A stretch of DNA of 26,435 nt from a virus (taxonomy: Duplodnaviria; Caudoviricetes), in IMG/VR virus record IMGVR_UViG_3300010376_000118, positions 1 to 26,435 of that record. One strand, 5' to 3'. Made by a program: the position numbers and the translations under genes. Shown here piece by piece: positions 18,155 to 24,970 of the stretch (its first letter is position 1; each line of letters begins with the position of its first letter). Under the pieces are notes generated by a model, which did no database searches, was not told the origin of the DNA, and saw nothing but the letters and a program-made list of their open reading frames with translations.

Positions 18155-18736
18155 ATGGCAAAGAAAGTCATTTGCATTGACGTGCTCGGCATGGGCGGCT
18201 GGCGGCTCGATCCGGCAATGGGCCAGTTGCAGATCGTGCGCCGTCTTCATGACGAAGGTGTGGAAGTGATCCCGCCGTTCGATCCCGGCGACACCCGCGT
18301 GGTCGAGTTCGCCAAGACCTACAACGGGCAAATCCTGATGTATGTCGGCGATAGCTGCGGCGCGAATCATTTCTCATGGTTGCAGGCGCAGGCCCCGGAA
18401 GTGAAATGGCGCTACGCGGCACTGATCCAGCCGAGCCTGTACTGCAACGCCAACTGCCCGCCGATCAGTGGCACGGTGCAGGAATGTCATGTGTTCTACA
18501 CATCGTTTCTGACGTGGCCGCTGCCGGGGCTGGGCAGCTACAAGCCGAAACCGGCAGTGCCGCCACCGGGCGGATTGAACTATAGTCAGCCGAATCTCTG
18601 CAACAACGGCAAGACCACGCTGTGCTATTGGGATCAGAAGATTCACGTGCATCCCGGCGATGACGATACCGGGACGCAAGCCATGATCCTCAATACGGCA
18701 CAGCAGTTGCTGGCCGAAGCGGCGAAGACCAAGTGA
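18155..18736 (+). CDS. Putative small alpha/beta-hydrolase (GDSCG nucleophile elbow)
   Basis: RBS GAGG before the ATG. ICIDVLGMGG is an oxyanion-like loop, ILMYVGDSCGAN fits GxSxG, AALIQP is the next strand, and HVHPGDDD is near the C-terminus. Confidence 0.55.
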   Translation: MAKKVICIDVLGMGGWRLDPAMGQLQIVRRLHDEGVEVIPPFDPGDTRVVEFAKTYNGQILMYVGDSCGANHFSWLQAQAPEVKWRYAALIQPSLYCNANCPPISGTVQECHVFYTSFLTWPLPGLGSYKPKPAVPPPGGLNYSQPNLCNNGKTTLCYWDQKIHVHPGDDDTGTQAMILNTAQQLLAEAAKTK

Positions 18737-18894
18737 TTTCGAAAGAGCGCGATTATCAGATCGCCGAAGAAGCCGCTGCGGAATGGCTCGACGAGCACGG
18801 GCTGATGCTGGCACCCGGCGTCATCCGGGCCGTGATACGGCGGGTGATCGATGCCGTCGATGACGCCAGAGCGAAACGCCAGCAGGAGCATTAG
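18733..18894 (+). CDS. Small hypothetical protein (53 aa, not in ORF track)
   Basis: GTGA overlap. Reads MISKERDYQIAEEAAAEWLDEHGLMLAPGVIRAVIRRVIDAVDDARAKRQQEH and fills the gap to the holin. Confidence 0.7.
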   Translation: MISKERDYQIAEEAAAEWLDEHGLMLAPGVIRAVIRRVIDAVDDARAKRQQEH

Positions 18895-18896
18895 TC

Positions 18897-19121
18897 ATGG
18901 AAGAATCAAAACCGTTTTGGGCAAGCTGGACTCTATGGGGCGCAGTGGCGACGTTTCTCGGTGTGGTGTTGCCGGGGCTTGGACTGAACGCCGATCCCGC
19001 CAACATCACATCGTTCTTTCAGTCGTTCCAGCAGATGCTGGACTCGATTCTCACATTCGGCGGGCTGGCCACAGTAGTTTATGGCCGCATGAGCGCGACC
19101 AAACAACTGCGCAAATCGTGA
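18897..19121 (+). CDS. Putative holin (two transmembrane segments)
   Basis: 74 aa with RBS AGGAG. Pattern SKPFWASWTLWG..VYGRMSA, two hydrophobic helices and a basic C-terminus. Confidence 0.7.
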   Translation: MEESKPFWASWTLWGAVATFLGVVLPGLGLNADPANITSFFQSFQQMLDSILTFGGLATVVYGRMSATKQLRKS

Positions 19122-19132
19122 AGGAAACAACC

Positions 19133-19531
19133 ATGCAAGCAACAAGACGTGATGCACTCAAGGCCGGTACGCTGATCCCGATCAGCGTCGGCGTGACCGG
19201 CATGGCTGGCGGCGCGCTTGCCACCTGCACACCGGCAGGCATCCAGATCGACCCGAACGTCATTGTCGCGATCAATCAAGCGGTGGCGACTAGCTGCGGT
19301 TTCATTCCGGCGATCACCACCTTGATCGCGCTGGTCAACGCGGCGTTCCCGGCCGTGAACGGCGCGACCACGATTGCGCAAAGCGTGCTCAACGAAATCT
19401 CGGGTATGCTGTGCGCGCACGCACCGTCAGTTCAGGCTGGCAAGCTGGGTGCGAAGACTCTCAACGCTGGCGGCACCGACATCCCGGTGCATGGATGGAG
19501 CGTCGTCGATGGTAAACTCACCTACGTCTAA
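19133..19531 (+). CDS. Predicted twin-arginine (Tat) exported lipoprotein
   Basis: RBS AAGGA. MQATRRDALK is a twin-arginine motif, followed by a Gly-rich h-region and the lipobox-like LAT-C. Confidence 0.6.
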   Translation: MQATRRDALKAGTLIPISVGVTGMAGGALATCTPAGIQIDPNVIVAINQAVATSCGFIPAITTLIALVNAAFPAVNGATTIAQSVLNEISGMLCAHAPSVQAGKLGAKTLNAGGTDIPVHGWSVVDGKLTYV

Positions 19532-19607
19532 AACTGGCAGCGGCGGCGTGTCTGCCGATGCCGGTTTGATGCGCGCGCCTGCGCATAGCATCACACAAAA
19601 ACTGCGG

Positions 19608-19856
19608 ATGGGCACCGCCAGCGTTGATGAAATCAATGCGGCCTATAACAAGGTTCTCCCCGAACTGGTGAACCTTGCACACTACTATGCTGGCATGGTG
19701 AACATTCCGTTCGTCAATGTCAGCGCCATGATCGACAAGCAGATCAACACGCCTGAGTTCAAGCGACAGGCGGTGCAGATCATCGCCGACGCCATCACGG
19801 CGGCTGAAGCGGTGCACGAAACGCCGCCCGAGCCAACAGTGGCAGCAAAAACATGA
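19608..19856 (+). CDS. Hypothetical helical protein (start uncertain; alternative ATG at 19569)
   Basis: Operon-like codon usage and an ATGA overlap with the next gene. Confidence 0.65.
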   Translation: MGTASVDEINAAYNKVLPELVNLAHYYAGMVNIPFVNVSAMIDKQINTPEFKRQAVQIIADAITAAEAVHETPPEPTVAAKT

Positions 19857-20878
19857 CCATCGAGCACGGTCAGCGCCGGGCCGGGCTGCGCGGCAAGCTG
19901 CCCGCGCGGCCCGGCTCGATCCCGCTGAAGTTCGGCGATTTTCTGAACCGGGCCAAGCTACCGGCACTGCCGCCGCACTTCGGCCATGTCACCAACGTGC
20001 CGCCCGGCCATCACGGCTGGCGCATGCTCGGCAACGACATGGCGTCGGACTGTGTGATCGCCGGGCGCTGCCACGAAATCATGGTCGCGGCCAGCGCAAC
20101 CGGCCGCCCGATTCCCAGCTTTTCGACCGGCAGCGCGCTCGCCGACTATTCCCGCTGTCTGCAATTCAGCGGCGGCAAGCCGTACAACCCGCGCGATCCC
20201 TCGACCGATACCGGGCTGGATATGCAGCAAGCCGCCAAATGGTGGCGCGATGTCGGGATCACCGACGCTGACGGCAAAGTCCATAAAATCGATGCGTTTG
20301 TGGCAATCAGTTCGGTCGATGACCTGCTGATGGCAACCTATCTGTGCGGCACTGGCGGGGCTGGCCTTGCCATTCCTGACACCGCCGAGCGGCAATTTGA
20401 AGCCGGGCAGGTGTGGGACGATCTGCGCAGCCAGCCGACAGGCGGCCACTACGTGCCCTGCGTGGGCTATATGGGCGGCCATCTTGTGTTCGTGACATGG
20501 GGAGAACTACAGGGCGCGACGCGGGAATACGTCGAGGCCCGCATGGAAGACGCGGTCTGCTGCCTGTCGCGGGAATATCTGACCGCCAAGGGGCTGTCGC
20601 CGGAACTGATCAACTGGGACGCCTTGCTCGATGCGGTCGATTCGCTGCGCCGTTTGGGCGAGCCGTCAGCGCGACAGCAGGCGGCTGAACACCAAGAACC
20701 CGAGCAACCAGTACAGCACCAGCCCGAGCCAGATACCGATCAGAGCGCCGATCACGCAGACGAACAGGCGTTGCATGGCGACGAGGAATTGGAACAGGAG
20801 CAGCCGCCACCGCAGCCGAAGCATCATCGGCAGCCAGATCGTAAGCCAAAGCACAAGCCGCCACGTAAGAAGCGCTAG
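19853..20878 (+). CDS. Papain-fold cysteine peptidase-like protein with disordered charged tail
   Basis: MLGNDMASDCVIAG (Cys), GGHYVPCVGY (His) and FVTWG. The last ~70 aa are Q/E/P/H-rich and then basic. Confidence 0.7.
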   Translation: MTIEHGQRRAGLRGKLPARPGSIPLKFGDFLNRAKLPALPPHFGHVTNVPPGHHGWRMLGNDMASDCVIAGRCHEIMVAASATGRPIPSFSTGSALADYSRCLQFSGGKPYNPRDPSTDTGLDMQQAAKWWRDVGITDADGKVHKIDAFVAISSVDDLLMATYLCGTGGAGLAIPDTAERQFEAGQVWDDLRSQPTGGHYVPCVGYMGGHLVFVTWGELQGATREYVEARMEDAVCCLSREYLTAKGLSPELINWDALLDAVDSLRRLGEPSARQQAAEHQEPEQPVQHQPEPDTDQSADHADEQALHGDEELEQEQPPPQPKHHRQPDRKPKHKPPRKKR

Positions 20879-21240
20879 CGATTTCTTGGCGTTACCGTCC
20901 CATCGAAGTGCAGAGTCCTCGTTTTATCGAAGCCCCGGCTGCGTAACGCGCGCCGGGGCTTTTTCTTTCCGCGCCGTATCCGCTTCACCTTGGCAGCAAT
21001 GGTGTTGTCCCGCTTGGACTTCTCGCGGTGCAGCGGTTTGAGCATCGGCGTCAGGTTCCACCACCGATCCGAGCCGCCGTGGGCGTGCAGGATGTTGTGA
21101 TCGAACTGGAACAGCCGGACGATGCCCCACGACGGTGCCTTGGCGCGGCGCAGATCATCGCGGGTGTCCTGCGGCAATAGCATTGACAGCGCCGCCGCCA
21201 GCTTTTCGCTCAGCGGGATGTACCTGCGCTTGCGGGTCAC
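20875..21240 (-). CDS. HNH endonuclease-like protein
   Basis: QFDHNILHAHGGSDRWWNLTPML...HREKS..D matches the H-N-H pattern. GTGA overlap with the upstream gene; basic tail. Confidence 0.7.
   Translation of the reverse strand: MTRKRRYIPLSEKLAAALSMLLPQDTRDDLRRAKAPSWGIVRLFQFDHNILHAHGGSDRWWNLTPMLKPLHREKSKRDNTIAAKVKRIRRGKKKPRRALRSRGFDKTRTLHFDGTVTPRNR
20930..20968 (+). terminator. Rho-independent terminator of the late operon
   Basis: Stem AAGCCCCGGC/GCCGGGGCTT running into the U-tract TTTTCTTT, about 50 nt after the last + strand stop. Confidence 0.8.
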
Positions 21241-21779
21241 TCGACCGCCGCCAGTATCTGCCGCTTTAAGTCTTCGAGTTCCGCCGCAAAGACCACGCTC
21301 TGCGTGATCTTCTTGCGGATGCGATTGCGACCGTGCAGCACGGTCGTGTGATCGCGATTGCCGAATGCTTTGCCGACCGTGGGCAGGCTCGCGCCTTTGA
21401 TCATGTCGAGGCACAACCACATGGCGATATGCCGAGCCAGCACCAGCTTACCCAACCGCTCGCGGCCGACCAGCTTCAGGCGTGTGGTGCCGTAGCGCTC
21501 GGCGACGACCGTCTGAATGAGTCGGTGCGACAACATACGTGCCAGTTTAGCACGCCACTGGTTCAGCCATATTGACACCCAGTCCGGTGTGCCCTGTTCG
21601 GCCATCAAGGCGGGCGCTTTAGCAGCGGGCAATGGCGGCAGCTTGCGCGGTTCTAATTTTGGTGTGGATAACTGGCCCCAGCGTCGCATGCGCTCGACAT
21701 GCTCACGGGCGAGTCGCTGCTGGGTCGGTGTCGCGGTGGCGTGAGCCGTGTCTTCACGCCATAGGTGGCGCTGATCCAT
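21237..21779 (-). CDS. Stand-alone DnaA C-terminal (domain IV) helix-turn-helix protein
   Basis: IQTVVAERYG....LVGRER...VLARHIAMWL....SLPTVGKAFGNRDHTTVLHG contains the DnaA signature. No AAA+ domain; RBS GAGGGG. Confidence 0.88.
   Translation of the reverse strand: MDQRHLWREDTAHATATPTQQRLAREHVERMRRWGQLSTPKLEPRKLPPLPAAKAPALMAEQGTPDWVSIWLNQWRAKLARMLSHRLIQTVVAERYGTTRLKLVGRERLGKLVLARHIAMWLCLDMIKGASLPTVGKAFGNRDHTTVLHGRNRIRKKITQSVVFAAELEDLKRQILAAVE
21663..21671 (-). promoter_or_regulatory. Perfect DnaA box TTATCCACA
   Basis: The + strand reads TGTGGATAA at 21663-21671, inside the DnaA-domain gene. Confidence 0.55.
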
Positions 21780-21909
21780 TGCGTTTCCCCTCGATAGCGT
21801 TCGGCCAGATCGCTTTGAACATTGCCAGCACCGCTTCGGCGAGCGGCTTCGGCACCGGGCACACATTGTTTTTGATTTCGTCTTTGGGCGGCGGTCGAGT
21901 GCCGGTCAT
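21754..21909 (-). CDS. Small hypothetical protein (51 aa, not in ORF track)
   Basis: MTGTRPPPKDEIKNNVCPVPKPLAEAVLAMFKAIWPNAIEGKRNGSAPPMA, with an ATGA overlap to the upstream gene. Confidence 0.55.
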   Translation of the reverse strand: MTGTRPPPKDEIKNNVCPVPKPLAEAVLAMFKAIWPNAIEGKRNGSAPPMA

Positions 21910-22061
21910 GCGTCAAGCGCCCCCTGCGGTCCGTCAGTGTAGCCCGGATCGGCGAGCGCATTGGCCAGCCGACCGCGCAGTTCAGCGATTACGATCCAGA
22001 TCAGAACACCGGCATAGAACAGCGTGACGCCGACGCCGATGGCAGCGAAAAGATAGATCAT
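21906..22061 (-). CDS. Small single-pass membrane protein (51 aa, not in ORF track)
   Basis: MIYLFAAIGVGVTLFYAGVLIWIVIAELRGRLANALADPGYTDGPQGALDA, with ATGA overlaps at both ends. Confidence 0.7.
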   Translation of the reverse strand: MIYLFAAIGVGVTLFYAGVLIWIVIAELRGRLANALADPGYTDGPQGALDA

Positions 22062-22927
22062 CGACGCTTCGCTTTCTTTTTCGGTTTCGCTCTATGATTC
22101 AGCGCCTTTTCGACGTGTTCATGGCTGAAGCCTTCACCCGGTTCCTGCGCCGCTTTGAGGCGGGCGGTCAGCGCATCGACATCGCTGGTGATGTCGGTGG
22201 CGCGGTCGGCAGCCATGCCTGCGGCCATGTCCTGCAATTCATCGACGCCGAACAGACCGAGCATTACTTCCGGGCAGTACATCCGGCAGAACGCCCGGCT
22301 GGCGTAGTAGAACTGCTGCCGGTCCGGGTCAGTGTCCCACAGCGGCGAGCCTTTGCGCACCATCACCGGCTTGCGATCTTCGCCAAGGATCGGTGTGCCG
22401 TTGCGGTCGGTCTTCGGCCCGATTACCGGCATGATCTGCTTGCGCGGCGGTGTGGTGTAGGACAGTGGATCGACTTCGTTCCTGAAGTGCCCGGTCACGG
22501 TGCAGGTGCGCTCGTCACCGTTGCCATTGTAATCGACGCGCAGTCTGCCGCGCAGACCGGCACGCTTGTCCATGACGGCGCGGAACACATGCGACGTGAA
22601 GCCGAGCCGTCCGTTGATGACGCTGGATTCGTTCGCCAGCATGTAGGGCGAGAAGCCCCACGCCATCGCCATGTCGTGCAGCGCAATCGACATGCCGAGA
22701 TTGCCGCGCACGTGCATCGGCACCGCTTCCTTGGCGTTCGCCATTGCCTTGGCGATGTCGGCCATCTGCGCGAAATTCTCGGGCGTGATGTAGCCGCGCT
22801 CGCCGACCGGGATCATGGCGGCGGCGTCACGGGCCGGGCCGGGCTTGACCTGCGGCAGTTCGGCTTCGGTCACGGGCGGCGGCGGTTTGATGTCAATTGC
22901 TTCCTTCACTTCGGTTTCGTCACTCAT
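22058..22927 (-). CDS. recT: RecT-family single-strand annealing protein
   Basis: VPMHVRGN...AMAWGFSPY..A....VINGRLG and SPLWDTDPDRQ..Y.A.R.F.R.YCPEV.LG; close to an ExoVIII gene. Confidence 0.78.
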   Translation of the reverse strand: MSDETEVKEAIDIKPPPPVTEAELPQVKPGPARDAAAMIPVGERGYITPENFAQMADIAKAMANAKEAVPMHVRGNLGMSIALHDMAMAWGFSPYMLANESSVINGRLGFTSHVFRAVMDKRAGLRGRLRVDYNGNGDERTCTVTGHFRNEVDPLSYTTPPRKQIMPVIGPKTDRNGTPILGEDRKPVMVRKGSPLWDTDPDRQQFYYASRAFCRMYCPEVMLGLFGVDELQDMAAGMAADRATDITSDVDALTARLKAAQEPGEGFSHEHVEKALNHRAKPKKKAKRR

Positions 22928-23115
22928 AGTTTCTCTCCCTCATAGAGAACGTCGGCGGCATGCTGACAGGCATCCGATTCATTTTCGTAGAAGTGGACTA
23001 CAGCATCACCAGCAATGATGATCGGCAAGCCCGACAGCATGGTGGCGATGTCGTAACGGTTGAGCGCGATCAACGTGACGGTGCGCCCTTGATAGATGCC
23101 ACGATGTGCGATCAT
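22924..23115 (-). CDS. Hypothetical protein (63 aa)
   Basis: ATGA-coupled at both ends. Confidence 0.65.
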   Translation of the reverse strand: MIAHRGIYQGRTVTLIALNRYDIATMLSGLPIIIAGDAVVHFYENESDACQHAADVLYEGEKL

Positions 23116-23336
23116 CCACGCCCTTCCGTTTTATCAGTAAGCTGTGCGGCGGCGAGAACAACGCCGCCGATTAGTTGGTAGACAGTAAGACCCGGTCGTT
23201 CATCGTTTAGTATTTCCAAACGGTCAATCAGATCGACAATGTCGCCGACCGCCCACTTCTGCTTTAGCACAGCGTTGGCAATAGAAGTCGAAAGCGCTGC
23301 ATCGTGCCTAAAAAGTGGAGCGGGATCGGTTGTCAT
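23112..23336 (-). CDS. Hypothetical protein (74 aa)
   Basis: Start MTTDPAP at the ATGA overlap with the exonuclease stop; AT-richer codons. Confidence 0.6.
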   Translation of the reverse strand: MTTDPAPLFRHDAALSTSIANAVLKQKWAVGDIVDLIDRLEILNDERPGLTVYQLIGGVVLAAAQLTDKTEGRG

Positions 23337-24238
23337 TGCTGTGGCTCTGCTGCGTCTCGGTAACGCTGGGTCAGCGGGATGGTGACGATGTGACCGTCGC
23401 CCGGTCCGGGCCAGCGCTTTTCCAGAATGCACTTGGCGATCAGGTCGAGCGCGCGGCGGTTCTGCCGGTGCCCAAGATCGATGTCGGTCGGATCGAGTAC
23501 GACCACGCGCACCGCGAACGGCCGCTTGCTTTCGACGAATACCAGCGAGAACGACGCCATGCCAAGACCGAGCACGGTGGCGGCGGCTTCGCGGATCAGC
23601 GCCGCCTGCTGATGGTAGCCGTGCTTGCCGACATCATTCATCAGCAATGGAAACGATGCCCGGCTCGTGGTCTTCAGGTCGGCAAAGTCGCCGCTGTCGG
23701 TCGGGATGCAATCGGGCCGGGTCTTGATCCATAGCCCGGTCTTTTTGTCTTTGTAGATAATCGAGCGCTCGATGTCGCCGCGCAGCAGACTGACGGCGAT
23801 CCTGTCGGTGGCGATCTGCCGCGCCATGCCGATCAGCGCGTCGTAATCGCGCGATAGCAACGGTGTCTTGCCGCGCGCAACGACATCGTCGCGCCACTCG
23901 CGGGATGCCTTGGTCTTGTAATCCTCGAACTCGTCGGTAGTAGCGAAGTAGGCCGAGAATGCACCACCACGTTTTGCACCTTCGAGGAACAGAAAGTGCG
24001 CCGCTCGCCCGAGCATGAACGCGGGCTTGTCTTCCGGCTCGGCACAGTCGGGATTGCCGGACCATTCATCCCAAAAGTGTAGCGGCGAGCCGCCGTTGAT
24101 TTCGAGCACGCGGCGCAGCCCGGTACTGCTGACGCTCGGGCCGTCGCATATTTTTTGAGTGTGGTAGAAGTCCAACGGAATGCCGGAATAGATTCCGGGC
24201 TTCGAGATGGCCTTGCCATCCCACTTGATCGTTTCCAC
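23333..24238 (-). CDS. RecE / exonuclease VIII-like PD-(D/E)XK nuclease (DUF3799-like)
   Basis: PGIYSGIP..YH...VSSTGL, LGRAAH..LE, ERSI, KTRPD...DLKTT and YHQQAA. GTG start with RBS GAGGGGAG. Confidence 0.85.
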   Translation of the reverse strand: METIKWDGKAISKPGIYSGIPLDFYHTQKICDGPSVSSTGLRRVLEINGGSPLHFWDEWSGNPDCAEPEDKPAFMLGRAAHFLFLEGAKRGGAFSAYFATTDEFEDYKTKASREWRDDVVARGKTPLLSRDYDALIGMARQIATDRIAVSLLRGDIERSIIYKDKKTGLWIKTRPDCIPTDSGDFADLKTTSRASFPLLMNDVGKHGYHQQAALIREAAATVLGLGMASFSLVFVESKRPFAVRVVVLDPTDIDLGHRQNRRALDLIAKCILEKRWPGPGDGHIVTIPLTQRYRDAAEPQQ

Positions 24239-24256
24239 TTGACCGGCTCCCCTCGT

Positions 24257-24970
24257 CTAGTCGTGATAGCGCCGCTTTTGCTCGTAGGCAACCTGCTGTT
24301 CGGCTAGCCATTTGTCGAAGTCTTCGGCCGGTTCGGGCTTTTTCTTTGGCTTAGGCGGTTCAGGCTCTTTCTTTTTATCAGTCAGTACCACCGGGCTGCC
24401 ATTGGTCGGCAGCGGCGGTTGGGTCGGCAGACTGTTGATGTGCGTTCCGGTCTGCACGGTCTTGTTGTTCGGATGCGGATCAATCATAGGTGCTTCCCCC
24501 TTCAGTACCACCAGCCCTTCAGCCCGTTTGATGATTGTGTTAATGGCCTCAAGAGCAAGATCATACTCGCCATCGTTCATTGCGATCTTGGCTAGTATCG
24601 CGGTTTCATGCAGGTCATTCTTCGGCTGTTCCGCGACCACCTTACTGGCAAGTTTCTGGCAGTGCTCGTCGCGCTGTTGCTTTTGTTGCTCGCGTTCGCG
24701 CTTCTCTTGCGCACGGCAAAATTCGAAGCATTCGGGGCAAAGATCATATTCGGGCCGGTCGCCGACAAACCAACCTGCTAGGGTGAACTTTTGCACGAAA
24801 ACTTTCGGCGGCATCTGACCGCCAGCGTTGTGCGAACTAAAGATTTTGACAGCACCGCATCCGCATTCCAGCTTCCAGCCACGATAATGACCGTCGCCGA
24901 CCCACGCATTGCCGTTGCCGACAAAGCGTTTGTGCTGGGCGTTGCGGATGCGACTGTGCAGCATGGTCAA
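24257..24970 (-). CDS. Hypothetical protein with putative Zn-binding N-terminus
   Basis: LECGCG..GW......DLCPEC, then a coiled-coil and a Pro/Lys-rich tail. Coupled to the upstream gene. Confidence 0.65.
   Translation of the reverse strand: MTMLHSRIRNAQHKRFVGNGNAWVGDGHYRGWKLECGCGAVKIFSSHNAGGQMPPKVFVQKFTLAGWFVGDRPEYDLCPECFEFCRAQEKREREQQKQQRDEHCQKLASKVVAEQPKNDLHETAILAKIAMNDGEYDLALEAINTIIKRAEGLVVLKGEAPMIDPHPNNKTVQTGTHINSLPTQPPLPTNGSPVVLTDKKKEPEPPKPKKKPEPAEDFDKWLAEQQVAYEQKRRYHD

Noticed and set aside
17917-18192. Antisense 91 aa ORF across the spacer
   Set aside because: No RBS or motif, and it overlaps both flanking genes; it cannot be supported.
14725-19133. Long N-terminal extensions given by the ORF track (starts 14725, 15408, 16016, 16234, 16986, 17996, 18851)
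   Set aside because: Downstream starts with stop/start overlaps or an RBS fit better, and most extensions overlap upstream genes.
21572-21600. TTGACA on the + strand inside the DnaA-domain gene as an antisense promoter
   Set aside because: There is no plausible -10 hexamer 16-18 bp downstream.
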